In this document: in pieces, positions 48,779 to 59,148 of the stretch | Position numbering within the stretch: position 1 is the stretch's first letter | How the letters are laid out: every line of letters begins with the position of its first letter | Assembly (NCBI GenBank): GCA_963774265.1 | Contig: CAVZDU010000002.1 | Span: forward strand, 320,001-384,000 | DNA from: an uncultured Chloroflexia bacterium | GTDB lineage: Bacteria; Chloroflexota; Anaerolineae; CG2-30-64-16 | Direction: 5' to 3' | Length of the DNA: 64,000 bases | Program-made: the position numbers and the translations under genes | The notes under the pieces: generated by a model | The model's input: only the letters and a program-made list of their open reading frames with translations | Databases searched by the model: none | Told to the model about the DNA's origin: nothing

Positions 48779-50359
48779 ATGCCAATTCTGACTCGCATCA
48801 AGCCTTCAGAGTATCACGACTCGATCACCCTCATGCAGGCAGCGGCCGCGCTCCTGGACATGCCTGGGATTACGGATGCGGCCGTGATCATGGGCACCCC
48901 CGCGAACCACGAGATCGTCTCGGGCGCGGGATTGCTGACGCCGGAGGCCGCGGCGACGCGGCCGGACGATCTGGTCATCATCGTCAAAGCTGCCGATGAT
49001 GCGGCCGGCCAGGCCGCGCTGGCGAAAGCTGAGGAAATCCTGTCGCGGCGGGCCGAACGCACGGAGGCGAATTCAGCGCGCCCCAAGTCGCTGGCATCAG
49101 CCATCGCGGCCGATCCCCGGGCGAACCTGGCGGTGATCTCGGTCGCAGGCCGCTATGCCGCACAAGAAGCGCGCACCGCGCTCGAAGCCGGGTTGCACGT
49201 GCTCCTCTTCTCGGACAACGTGCCCCTGGAAGACGAGATCAGCCTCAAGGAGCTGGCAGCAAGCAAGGGCTTGCTGTGCATGGGGCCGGACGCCGGCACC
49301 GCGATCATCAACGGCGTCGCGCTGGGGTTTGCGAACGCAGTCCCGCGCGGCAGCATCGGGTTGGTCAGCGCAGCGGGCACCGGGCTGCAGGGGGTGACCT
49401 CCGGAATTGCACGCCGCGGCGTGCGCGGCGCCGCGAGCGGCGCGGGCGTGTCGCAGGCCATCGGCACGGGCGGCCGCGACCTGAGCGAGGCGGTCGGCGG
49501 CAAGATGATGCTCCAGGGGCTGAAGATGCTCCAGGAGGACCCCGAGACAGAGGTGATTGTCCTCATCTCGAAGCCGCCTGCCCCGGCGGTTGCCCAGAAG
49601 GTGCTCGGCGCGATCACCAAGGCCAAGCCCACAGTCGTGTGTTTCCTCGGCGCAGACCTAGGCGCGATCGAGAAGGCCGGCGCACTCCCAGCGACGACAC
49701 TGACGCAGGCGGCTGTGATCGCGGCCAGCCTGACCACCGGCGGCAACTACTGTGAAGCGTTGATGGGTTTGGAAGACTTCAGTCAGGATCTGATCCCCCT
49801 GGCTGAAGGCGAGCGCAGGAAGCTCGCTCCAGGCCAAACTGCGCTGCGCGGCCTCTTCGTCGGCGGCACTTTCTGCTACGAGGCCCAGCTCCTGCTCAAG
49901 AACCTGCCCGAGCCGGTGCACAGCAACGCGCCGCTGATCGAGGCGAACAAGCTGGGGGCTGAGACATACAAGCACACGATCATCGACCTCGGTGAGGACG
50001 AATTCACTCAGGGACGCCCGCATCCGATGATCGACCCGACGCTGCGAAACCGGCGCATCACCCAGGAGGCAGGGGATCCCTCTGTCGGGGTGATCCTGCT
50101 CGACTTCGTGCTCGGCTATGGCAGCCACATCGACCCTGCTGGCGCAGCGCTGGAGGCAATTCGCCAGGCGCAGCGAACTGCGCGGGAGGCCGGCCATAAC
50201 CTGGTCTTCGTCGCTTCAGTCTGCGGCACGGAGGCCGATCCCCAGCGCCTGAGCGACCAGGAGGCGAAGCTGCGCGGGGCTGGCGTGATCGTCCTGCCCG
50301 ACAATGCGTCGGCTGCGAGACTGGCGGGCTTGATCAGCCAGGGATTGGACGAAGCCTGA
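48779..50359 (+). CDS. fdrA: FdrA/YahF-like (succinyl-CoA synthetase-related; oxamate carbamoyltransferase AllF family) protein
   Basis: 'Y.DS..LM', 'MGTPAN', 'FSDNV', 'MGPDAGTAII', 'IGTGGRDL', 'DLGEDEFTQGRPHPMIDP', 'D.VLGYGSH.DP'. Confidence 0.88.
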   Translation: MPILTRIKPSEYHDSITLMQAAAALLDMPGITDAAVIMGTPANHEIVSGAGLLTPEAAATRPDDLVIIVKAADDAAGQAALAKAEEILSRRAERTEANSARPKSLASAIAADPRANLAVISVAGRYAAQEARTALEAGLHVLLFSDNVPLEDEISLKELAASKGLLCMGPDAGTAIINGVALGFANAVPRGSIGLVSAAGTGLQGVTSGIARRGVRGAASGAGVSQAIGTGGRDLSEAVGGKMMLQGLKMLQEDPETEVIVLISKPPAPAVAQKVLGAITKAKPTVVCFLGADLGAIEKAGALPATTLTQAAVIAASLTTGGNYCEALMGLEDFSQDLIPLAEGERRKLAPGQTALRGLFVGGTFCYEAQLLLKNLPEPVHSNAPLIEANKLGAETYKHTIIDLGEDEFTQGRPHPMIDPTLRNRRITQEAGDPSVGVILLDFVLGYGSHIDPAGAALEAIRQAQRTAREAGHNLVFVASVCGTEADPQRLSDQEAKLRGAGVIVLPDNASAARLAGLISQGLDEA

Positions 50360-50363
50360 AAGG

Positions 50364-51773
50364 ATGACCGACATGGACCTGTTCCGCCAACCCTTGAAGC
50401 CGATCAACGTCGGCCTGGAATCGTTCTACGAAAGCATGGTCAGCCAGGGGCGCCGGCCGTCGCTGTGGACTGGCGGCCGCCGCTCGAGGGCTACGTCGAG
50501 ATGCTGCGCACACGCGACGGGGTCGACATCGAGGCGGCCAACGCCGAGGCCTTCGCGCGCATCACCGCGGGCCGCCCGATGCTCGTCGGCATGGGCATGG
50601 CACAGCGACGTGATCCCCGGCTTCGCGCCGGCGCACGGCGCGGATGCTGATCACGCACAGCGGGCCGCCGATCGCGTGGGAGCGCATGTGCGGCCCGACG
50701 CGCGGCGCAGTCATGGGCGCGCTGATCTACGAAGGGCTGGCCGAGACGCCCGAAGACGGCCGCGGCCCTGGCCGCGTCCGGCGAGATCGAGTTCGCACCC
50801 TGCCATCACTACGGCGCGGTCGGGCCGATGGCGGGCATCATCAGCCCATCGATGCCGGTGTTCATCGTCAAGAACGAGGCATTCGGCAACGTCGCCTACG
50901 CCACGCAGAACGAGGGGCTGGGCAAGGTGCTGCGCTACGGCGCGTACGGGCCCGGAGGTGATCCGCCGGCTCAAGTGGATGGAGACGGTGCTCTACCCAG
51001 CGCTCAAGGCGGCGCTGGAGGTCAGCGGCCCGATCGATCTGCGCAGCATGACCGCACAGGCGCTGCACATGGGCGACGAGTGCCACAACCGCAACAAGGC
51101 CGGCACTTCGCTCTTCATCCGGCTGATCGCGCCGGCGCTGGTGGAGGCGGTGAAGGATCGCGGCAGTCGTTGCCGAGGTGCTGCGCTTCATCGACGGCAA
51201 CGACCACTTCTTTCTGAATCTCTCGATGCCGGCGATGAAGGCAATGCTGGCTGCCCGCCGAAAACATCCCCGGCTGCACGGTCGTGACCATGATGGCGCG
51301 CAACGGGACGGATTGGGGCATCCGCGTCAGCGGCACGGGCGACCGCTGGTTCACCGCGCCCGCGCCGTTGGTCGCAGGGCTCTGGCTGCCCGGCTTCACC
51401 GCGGCCGACGCCAACCCGGACATCGGCGACAGCGCGATCACCGAGACGGGCGGGATCGGCGGGTTTGCGCTGGCCGGCGCGCCGGCCATCGTCAAGTTCG
51501 TCGGCGGCACGCCGGCCGACGCGCTGAACGCGACGCTGGAGATGTACGAGATCACGCAGGGCGAACACACCGCGTTCACGATCCCCGGCGCTCAATTTCC
51601 GCGGCACGCCCGTCGGCATCGACGTGCGCAAGGTGATGCGCACCGGGATCACGCCGCGGCTGAACACCGGCATCGCACACCGGGAGCCGGGCGTGGGCAT
51701 GGTGGGCGCCGGGCTGGTGTAGGCGCCGAAGGGGTGTTTTGTGGCCGCGTTTGAGGCGCTAAAAGCGATCTGA
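50364..51773 (+). CDS. DUF1116 (YahG/YlbE/AllG family) protein, several apparent frameshifts and an in-frame TAG at 51720
   Basis: 'INVGLESF...DWRPP', 'HSGPPI.WE.MCGP..GA', 'NEGLGKVLRYG', 'LHMGDECHNRN', 'ARNGTD', 'ANPDIGDSAITET', 'NTGIAHREPG.GMVGAG'. Confidence 0.85.
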
Positions 51774-51844
51774 CCGCCCATCTTGTGATACATTTCTCGC
51801 ATTGAGTGCTTGCACAATCCGGCAAAGCTGTGTATAGTGTCACC

Positions 51845-52858
51845 ATGCACATGAAAAACAACCGGTTCTCCTGGCTGTTCCTCGTGCTGGTTACCATCAT
51901 CATGCTTAGCCTGGCCCCAGCCGCACAAGCGGCAGGTCGTGGCGCGCCGCTTCCGCCCTCCGGCGGAAAATACACCGTGCGCGTCAACGACACCCTATGG
52001 GACATCGCCGCCAGGTACGGCATGACCGTAGCACAGTTAACAGCCGCGAACCCAGGCGTCAACCCGGCGGCCCTCCGCCCCGGCCAGATCCTGACAATCT
52101 CCTCTGCAAGATCGCAAGTTTCCGATACCGTTCCCGAAGCTCCCTGCGCCGTCTATGCCGTAATGCCCAATGACACCTTGTGGGACATTGCCGCCAATTA
52201 CGGCCTGACGCTCGACGATCTGCTCGCCGCAAATCCCGGGGTCGATCCCAAGCGCCTCATGGTGGGGCAGGAACTGACGATTCCAGGCATCAGTCAAGAC
52301 ATGCTCTCGGCCCAGACGACCGCGGCGCCAGCACCCGGAGGGGAGGTAGCCCCTGCAGCCGAAGCCGCACCTGCTGCCGAGGCAGCGCTTCCGGTCGCGG
52401 CAGCACCTGCAGCCGAGGCGGCAGCGGCGCCCGGCGTGGGGGCTGCTCCTGCGGCCGCGCCGGAAGTCAGCCCAATGGCCCAGGAGATGCTGAACCGCAT
52501 CAACGAGAAACGCAGCGCGGGTGGACTTGCCGCGCTGACATGGAATGGCCAATTGGCCGCCGCGGCGCAAGCACACGCAGAGGATTGCGCCACAAGAAAC
52601 CGCGGCAGCCACGTAGGTTCGGACGACGCGCGGCTTGCCGCACGGCTCCAGCGCGCGGGCTATGCCCCGAGCTGGTCCGGCGAGAACTGGGCCAATGCCC
52701 GCAGCGTCGAGCGAGCCATGCAGATGTGGTGGAACGAGCCACGCGGCGCAGATCCGCACGTGCAGAACATCATGGCCCGCCGCGCAACGGAAATCGGCAT
52801 CGGAGTCGCCCGGGGCGCCTGGGGCATTTACTTCATCGCCGATTTTGGGAGCCAATGA
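51845..52858 (+). CDS. Secreted LysM(x2)-CAP domain protein
   Basis: Signal peptide; two 'Y.V..NDTLWDIAA.YG' LysM domains; Ala/Pro linker; CAP 'IN.KR...L.WN..L..AAQ.HA.D...GEN...PH..NI'. Promoter TTGCAC-17-TATAGT ends 6 bp before the ATG. Confidence 0.9.
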   Translation: MHMKNNRFSWLFLVLVTIIMLSLAPAAQAAGRGAPLPPSGGKYTVRVNDTLWDIAARYGMTVAQLTAANPGVNPAALRPGQILTISSARSQVSDTVPEAPCAVYAVMPNDTLWDIAANYGLTLDDLLAANPGVDPKRLMVGQELTIPGISQDMLSAQTTAAPAPGGEVAPAAEAAPAAEAALPVAAAPAAEAAAAPGVGAAPAAAPEVSPMAQEMLNRINEKRSAGGLAALTWNGQLAAAAQAHAEDCATRNRGSHVGSDDARLAARLQRAGYAPSWSGENWANARSVERAMQMWWNEPRGADPHVQNIMARRATEIGIGVARGAWGIYFIADFGSQ

Positions 52859-52875
52859 TAAGGAGGCATACAGTA

Positions 52876-53749
52876 ATGAAGCTCATCGATCTCACCATCC
52901 CTCTGGGCATCGGCACGCCGGCCTGGCCCACCTATGAGCCGCTGCAGGTCAAGTACTTCAAGCGGCTGGCGCCCAACGGCGCGAACGGCCAGCTGCTCAC
53001 CCACTCGAACCACCTCGGCACCCACCTGGACGGCGAAATCCACTTCTACACGCCCGGCAAGGACATTGCCAGCCTGGATATGGACTTCCTGGTCGGCCCG
53101 ACGGCCATCGTGGATCTCTCGGACGTCTGCGGCAACTACGATATCTACACGTCGCAGATGATCGAGGAGCGGGTCGAGGTGCGCGAGGGCGACATCCTGA
53201 TCATCCACACCGGCTACCATCACTTCGGCTGGGACATGCCCACGGCCGACGAAATCCGCTACATGGTGCAGCATCCGGGCCCGGACCGGGAGTTCTCGGT
53301 CTGGGCGAAGCAGAAGGGCATCAAGTGGATCGGCGTGGACTGCGGCAGCGCGGATCATCCGATGAACACGATCATCCGCCAGTGGATGCCGCGCCAGGCC
53401 AAGGAGGCCGACGCTCACTTCCAGAAGAAATACGGCGTCGAGCCTGGCCGAACGCTTCGACGATTCCAAGTACCAGCTCATGCACATCGAGATGTTCCCC
53501 GATCACATCATCCACGCGGAGTGCATCGGCGGCGAGATCGACCTGCTGCTGAACCGCCGGGTGACCGTCGGCTTCTTCCCCTGGCGCTTCGTGGACGGCG
53601 AGAGCAGCATCGGACGCTGCGTGGCCTTCGTCGAGGATGACGAGTACGAAGAGCTGATGGCGAAGAAGGCGGCGCTCAAGACCACGAAGTTCGGCGACGC
53701 ATTCAATCCGGCGCACGTGGAGCGGATCAATGCGTTGACGCGGACGTAG
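52876..53749 (+). CDS. Cyclase family (kynurenine formamidase-like) metal-dependent amidohydrolase, apparent frameshift near 53440
   Basis: 'IDLT.P', 'HLGTHLDGE.H', 'GDILIIHTG', 'HPGP', 'GVDCGSADHP', 'HAEC'; RBS AAGGAGG. Confidence 0.88.
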
Positions 53750-53796
53750 GCAGCGAGCGAAGAGGAAGAAGGAAAAAGGAAGAAGGAAGAGGGAAG

Positions 53797-54702
53797 ATGC
53801 AACGCTTCACCGCAGCCTGCGCACAGTTCGCCATTGCGCCGATGGACATCACGGCCAATGTCGCGAAATCGGTCGCGTGGACGCGCCGGGCGGTTGAGGA
53901 ATCCGGCGCGCAGCTCGTCGTACTCCCTGAGACCATCACCACCGGCTTCGTCCCCCGTGTGGGCCCGGGCGATCTTTGGGATCTGGTTGACACGTTGCCC
54001 GGACGCCTGTTCGAGCCACTGCAGTCCGCGGCGCAGGAGTTGGGGATCTATCTGGCGTTCGGAACCTACGAACGCGGGCTGACACGCGGCGTCGTGTACA
54101 ACTCGGCCGCGCTGCTCGGGCCGGGCGGCGACATCCTGGGGGTCTACCGCAAGACCCATCTCTTCCCTACCGAACGGATCGGTCCCCGCCGCGATCCAGC
54201 CGACCCCAACAGTGCCAATGGCTGGTCGACGCCGGCCGATGACCCGGTGGTGGTCGAAACCCCGCTGGCCAACATCGGCCTCACCATTTGCTTCGACGGC
54301 GACTTCCCGGAGCTGTATCGCGCGGAAGCGCTCATGGGCGCCGAGGTGATCATCCGCACCAGCGCGTTGCTCCGTTCTTTCGAGATCTGGGAGTTGACCA
54401 ATCGAGCCCGCGCTTATGACAACCACGTCTACCTGATTGGCTGCAACTACGTTGGACCCGATGCTGGCGGTAACTACTACTTCGGTCACAGCATGATCGT
54501 CAATCCCATTGCTCAAAAACTGGCCCAGGCGCGCGGCACCGAAGAGGTTTGCTTTGCCGAGCTCGACCCGGACCCGCTCAAGCACATCACCTACGGCACG
54601 GTCAGCCCAATGATCTTCGAACACCTGCGGGAGCGCAACCTGGCTGCCTATCGGAACATCCTGACACCGGGTGAAGGCGCGTTTCAGCCAGCAAAGAGAT
54701 AG
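53797..54702 (+). CDS. Carbon-nitrogen hydrolase (nitrilase superfamily amidase)
   Basis: E-K-C triad: 'VLPE', 'YRKTHLF', 'ICFDGDFPE'; 'ARAYDN', 'GHSMIV.P'. Confidence 0.92.
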   Translation: MQRFTAACAQFAIAPMDITANVAKSVAWTRRAVEESGAQLVVLPETITTGFVPRVGPGDLWDLVDTLPGRLFEPLQSAAQELGIYLAFGTYERGLTRGVVYNSAALLGPGGDILGVYRKTHLFPTERIGPRRDPADPNSANGWSTPADDPVVVETPLANIGLTICFDGDFPELYRAEALMGAEVIIRTSALLRSFEIWELTNRARAYDNHVYLIGCNYVGPDAGGNYYFGHSMIVNPIAQKLAQARGTEEVCFAELDPDPLKHITYGTVSPMIFEHLRERNLAAYRNILTPGEGAFQPAKR

Positions 54703-54705
54703 TCC

Positions 54706-55896
54706 ATGCAGCCACTGGATGGTATCCGCGTCATTGACCTGACCGAGGCTTTGGCCGGGCCGATCTGCACGATGATGCTCGGTGACCTGGGTGCGGACGT
54801 GGTCAAGATCGAACGGCCCGGCACGGGCGACATGTCGCGCGGCTGGGCGCCACCCTTCGTCGGCCCGGAGAGCGCCTACTTTCTCAGCGTCAACCGCAAC
54901 AAACGTAGCTTGACCCTCAATCTGCGCGAGCCAGAGGCGCGCACCGTCCTCCAGAGGCTGGTCGGTCAGGCGGACGTGTTCGTCGTCAACCAGCCGCGAC
55001 TCGACTCGCTGCAGCGGCTGGGCGCGGACCCGGACACGCTGTGCACGATCAACCCGCGGCTGGTGTATTGCGCGGTCAGCGGCTACGGAATGACCGGCCC
55101 TTACGCCGGGCAGGCCGGCTACGACATCCTGGCCCAGGCCGCCTCAGGTCTGATGGCGCTCACCGGCGAGCCGGGTCAGGGGCCCATCCGTTACCCTGTC
55201 CCGCTGAGCGACGCGTCCGCGGGACTGAACAGCGTCATCGGGATCCTGTCAGCGTTGCTCGCCCGCACGGTTTCGGGCCGGGGCCAGTTCGTGGATGTTG
55301 CGCTGCTCGACAGCCAGGTCGCCTGGCTCACCAATATCGCTGGCGCTTTCTTTGCCACCGGGGTCCGGCCTCCCAAGCTGGGCAACGCGCATCCCAATAT
55401 CGTGCCCTACCAGCCGTTCCAGGCGCGGGACAAGCACTTTATCGTCGCGGTGGGCAGCGAGCGGCTTTGGGAGCGCTTCTGTCAGGTCCTGGGCATCACC
55501 GAAACCATCGGCCGTGACCCGCGCTTCGCGACCAACGCCGACCGGTTGCGCCATCGCGACGAGTTGGTATCCGAGCTGGCGCGCATCTTTGAAACGCAGG
55601 ATGCTGAGCATTGGCTCGTACGGCTCAAGGCAGCTGATATTCCGGCCGGGCCCATCAATGAAGTGGACGAGGCGCTCACCGATCCGCACGTGCTGGCGCG
55701 CGGGATGGTCGTCGAGATGGAGCATCCGGCGGCTGGACCAGTGCGTTCGCTCGGCACTCCGGCCCATCTCCGAGATACGCCGGCTACCTATCGACTGCCC
55801 CCGCCCACGCTGGGGCAGCATACGATCGAGATTCTGGCACACCTGGGGTACTCGCAGGCGCAGATCGAGCAGCTTGAGAAGCAAGGGGTGGTCTGA
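54706..55896 (+). CDS. Class III (CaiB/BaiF) CoA-transferase
   Basis: 'PLDGIRVIDL...AGP...LGDLGADVVKIE', 'NRNKRS', 'GYDILAQA', 'PPTLGQHT'. Confidence 0.93.
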   Translation: MQPLDGIRVIDLTEALAGPICTMMLGDLGADVVKIERPGTGDMSRGWAPPFVGPESAYFLSVNRNKRSLTLNLREPEARTVLQRLVGQADVFVVNQPRLDSLQRLGADPDTLCTINPRLVYCAVSGYGMTGPYAGQAGYDILAQAASGLMALTGEPGQGPIRYPVPLSDASAGLNSVIGILSALLARTVSGRGQFVDVALLDSQVAWLTNIAGAFFATGVRPPKLGNAHPNIVPYQPFQARDKHFIVAVGSERLWERFCQVLGITETIGRDPRFATNADRLRHRDELVSELARIFETQDAEHWLVRLKAADIPAGPINEVDEALTDPHVLARGMVVEMEHPAAGPVRSLGTPAHLRDTPATYRLPPPTLGQHTIEILAHLGYSQAQIEQLEKQGVV

Positions 55897-55916
55897 TCGC
55901 CCCGGAAAATCGCCAG

Positions 55917-55945
55917 TTGACACTGCCCCGCGGCGATGCTATACT
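55917..55945 (+). promoter_or_regulatory. Strong sigma70 promoter of the fdrA-DUF1116-cyclase-Mo hydroxylase operon
   Basis: TTGACA-17 bp-TATACT with extended -10 TGC. Confidence 0.8.
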
Positions 55946-56043
55946 GGCCCTCGCCGGTAATCTTGAGGCTGCTCCGAGTTTGTTCCACACCTGTCCGAAA
56001 TCAGTTCGAGCGGACTGAGCCACAACCTGACATCGGAGTCATC

Positions 56044-57789
56044 ATGACGGTCGTCCAAGCTGAGGTACGGCGCAGTGCCTATTACGACTCCATTGTCCTC
56101 ATGCAGTTGCGTGCCGCGCTTTCCGAGCTGCCCGGCGTCATCGACGCCGGCGTGGTAATGGGCACGCCAGCCAACCTCGAATTACTGACTCAAAGCAATC
56201 TCCTCCCTCCGGAGGCGCAGGGCGCCAGACCCGACGATCTGATCATCACCATCGAAGCGCACGATGAGGCCGCGGCCCGCGCGGCATTGGCGCAAGTCGA
56301 CGCGCTGCTCACCCGGCGGAGATCAACCTTGCAGCAAGAGCACCGTCCGCAGAGCCTGGAAACGGCCGCGGACCTGGCGCCAGAGGCCGCCTGGGTGCTG
56401 ATTTCCGTGGCCGGCCGGTACGCAGCCGGGATCGCGCGCGCCGCGCTCAACCTTGGCAAGCACGTTTTCCTGTTCAGTGACAACGTCCCGGTCGAGGACG
56501 AGATCGCACTCAAAGCGAGAGCGGCGGCTCGGGGCCTACTGGTGATGGGGCCTGACTGCGGCACCGCAATCATCAACGGGATCGGACTGGGTTTCGCCAA
56601 TAAGGTGCGTCGAGGCTCAATCGGCGTTGTGGCCGCGGCGGGCACGGGTCTGCAACAGGTCACGGCGCGCATCCATCAGTTGGGCGGCGGCGTCACCCAC
56701 GGCATCGGCACGGGGGGCCGTGACCTGACAGAAAAAGTCGGAGCGGTCACGTTCCGTCAGGCGCTCGACGTGCTCGCCCGCGACTCCGAAACGCGCGTCA
56801 TTACCCTGGTGTCCAAGCCGCCTGCGCCAAAGGTTGCGGAAGAGATGCTGTCGCTGGCCCGACTGGCGCCGAAACCAGTCGTGGTGAACTTCATCGGGCG
56901 TGCCGCGTCGACTTGGCAGATAGACAATCTTCACTTCGCAACAGGGCTCGACGATGCAGCGCGGTTGGCGGTGGAGTTGACGACCAGGGACTGGCCGGCA
57001 GCCCTTCCGGGAGACAAAGCCGGGAGATCAGGTTCGGGACAGGGGGGAGATTTCGCACCTGGCCAGCGCTACCTGCGCGGGCTTTACTCCGGAGGCACCC
57101 TGGCCTACGAGGCGCAATATCTCCTCCAGGACTACCTGCCGCAGGTCTGGGCCAACGCACCGCTCGACAAAGCCAACCGGATACCCAACTCCCTGGTGAG
57201 CCAGCAACACACGATCATTGACCTGGGCGAGGACGAATTCACCGTGGGCCGGCTGCACCCCATGATGGATAACGAGCTGCGTATCCTCCGGCTGAGCCAG
57301 GAGGCCGCCGATCCGGAGACAGCCGTGATCTTGCTGGATGTGGTGCTCGGCTATGGCTCGCACCCCGACCCCGCAGGCGAGCTGGCCCCCGTGATCGCCG
57401 GCGCGAAGGCAGCAGCCCAGGCTGCTGGCCGTCACCTCGAGATCGCCGCGGTCGTCACCGGCACGGACGAAGACCCGCAGAACTTCAGCAGTCAGATCGA
57501 GCAGTTGCGCGCCGCCGGCGCCTGGGTAGATGCCAGCAACGAGGCGGTCGTGCGCTATGCAGGCCGGATCTTGCGGACACTAAATCCCCAGTCCCGCGTA
57601 CCGGATCGCCAACAACCCGTAGACCTGGCCACCCTGCAAAGAAACCTCTCCGCCATCAACGTCGGCCTGGAGTCTTTCGCCGAGAATCTGATCGCCCAGG
57701 GCGCGCAGGCCATCCAGGTGGACTGGAGGCCGCCCGCCGGGGGGAACCAGAAGCTGATGGGGATTCTGGAGCGAATGAAGAGGAGCTAG
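56044..57789 (+). CDS. fdrA: FdrA (AllF-type, with C-terminal 'INVGLESF..DWRPPAGG' segment)
   Basis: 'YYDSIVLM', 'MGPDCGTAII', 'GGTLAYEA', 'FTVGRLHPMMD'; ATG at 56044 after GGAG. Confidence 0.9.
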   Translation: MTVVQAEVRRSAYYDSIVLMQLRAALSELPGVIDAGVVMGTPANLELLTQSNLLPPEAQGARPDDLIITIEAHDEAAARAALAQVDALLTRRRSTLQQEHRPQSLETAADLAPEAAWVLISVAGRYAAGIARAALNLGKHVFLFSDNVPVEDEIALKARAAARGLLVMGPDCGTAIINGIGLGFANKVRRGSIGVVAAAGTGLQQVTARIHQLGGGVTHGIGTGGRDLTEKVGAVTFRQALDVLARDSETRVITLVSKPPAPKVAEEMLSLARLAPKPVVVNFIGRAASTWQIDNLHFATGLDDAARLAVELTTRDWPAALPGDKAGRSGSGQGGDFAPGQRYLRGLYSGGTLAYEAQYLLQDYLPQVWANAPLDKANRIPNSLVSQQHTIIDLGEDEFTVGRLHPMMDNELRILRLSQEAADPETAVILLDVVLGYGSHPDPAGELAPVIAGAKAAAQAAGRHLEIAAVVTGTDEDPQNFSSQIEQLRAAGAWVDASNEAVVRYAGRILRTLNPQSRVPDRQQPVDLATLQRNLSAINVGLESFAENLIAQGAQAIQVDWRPPAGGNQKLMGILERMKRS

Positions 57790-57798
57790 CACAGAACT

Positions 57799-59067
57799 AT
57801 GATAGACATCGAGCTGGCCAATCGCACAACCGTCGAACGCATGATGGAGGCCCGGCCGGTACTGATCGGAGTGGGCCTTGCGCGGGACGTGATCCCCGGG
57901 ATGCGGGACAACCTGCTGCTGCACGCGGGACCGCCGGTCACCTGGCAGCGCATGGCCGGCCCGATGAAGGGCGCGGCCGTGGGCGCACTGATCCTCGAGG
58001 GCAAGGCAAACGGTTGGGACGACGCGGAGGCGCTGATCGCATCAGGCGCGATCGAGTTCGAGCCGTGCCACCATCACTCAGCCGTGGGCCCAATGGCGGG
58101 CCTCATCTCGCCTTCGATGATGGTCTATATCGTGGAGGATCAAGCCTCGGGTCCGGGCGGCGCACGCGCCTTCTCAGGCATCAACGAAGGCCGCGGGAAG
58201 GTGCTGCGCATGGGCGCGTACAGCGAGGACGTGCTGGCCCGTCTGCGCTGGCTAAACGAGGTGATGGCGCCCGTGTTGGATGCAGCAATCCGGCGATCTG
58301 GCGATCGCGGGAGCGGGGGCATCGATATGCGCGCCCTGCTGGCGCAATCGCTCCACATGGGGGATGACGGCCACAACCGGATGCAGGCCGGCTCGCTGCT
58401 CTTTCTCAAAAGCCTGGACCCCTTCATAACCAGGGTCGCGCCCTCCCCAGAGATCGCCTCCGACATCCTGCGGGAAATCGGCGACAACCCTTTGGCGGTT
58501 CTGAACGCGGGCATGGCGGCGTGCAAGCTCATGACCCTGGCCGGGCATGGGATTGCCGGCAGCACCATCGTCACCACGATGAGCCGCAACGGCACCGACT
58601 TTGGCATCCGTGTCAGCGGTCTGGGTGACCGCTGGTTCACTGCCCCGGCCGGCAAGGTGAAGGCGCTATATTTCTCCGAGTTCACCGAGGCCGACGCCAA
58701 CCCTGACATCGGCGACAGCACCATCACCGAGACGTCCGGCATCGGCGGGTTCGCCATGGCCTCGGCGCCGGCTATCGTCCAGTTCATCGGCGGCTCGGCC
58801 CACGACGCGGTGAACACCACACTCGAAATGTACGAGATCACCTACGCCGAGCACAAATACTTCACGATGCCGCCCCTGGATTTTCGCGGCACCCCGACCG
58901 GCATCGATATCCGCAAGGTGGTGGAAAAAGGGATTCTGCCCCGCGTCAACACCGGCGTCGCGCATCGGGAGCCGGGCATCGGCCAGGTGGGCGCGGGCAT
59001 CGTAACCGCGCCGATGAGTGTATTCGAGGATGCGTTGGTGGCGTACGCGGAGGAGTACGGGTATTAG
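57799..59067 (+). CDS. DUF1116 (YlbE/AllG family) protein
   Basis: 'LHAGPP', 'PCHHHSAVGPMAG', 'HMGDDGHNR', 'DANPDIGDS', 'NTGVAHREPGIGQVGAG'. Confidence 0.9.
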   Translation: MIDIELANRTTVERMMEARPVLIGVGLARDVIPGMRDNLLLHAGPPVTWQRMAGPMKGAAVGALILEGKANGWDDAEALIASGAIEFEPCHHHSAVGPMAGLISPSMMVYIVEDQASGPGGARAFSGINEGRGKVLRMGAYSEDVLARLRWLNEVMAPVLDAAIRRSGDRGSGGIDMRALLAQSLHMGDDGHNRMQAGSLLFLKSLDPFITRVAPSPEIASDILREIGDNPLAVLNAGMAACKLMTLAGHGIAGSTIVTTMSRNGTDFGIRVSGLGDRWFTAPAGKVKALYFSEFTEADANPDIGDSTITETSGIGGFAMASAPAIVQFIGGSAHDAVNTTLEMYEITYAEHKYFTMPPLDFRGTPTGIDIRKVVEKGILPRVNTGVAHREPGIGQVGAGIVTAPMSVFEDALVAYAEEYGY

Positions 59068-59148
59068 GAAGGAGCGCCCCGTGGGTTTCACCACCTTTCG
59101 TAGATCGACCGCAATCGGAAACCATCGACGCTGAAAGGATCGACGTAC

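Noticed and set aside
52340-52465. Repeated GCAGCCGAAGCC/GCCGAGGCA units
   Set aside because: Just an Ala/Pro/Glu low-complexity linker between the LysM and CAP domains.
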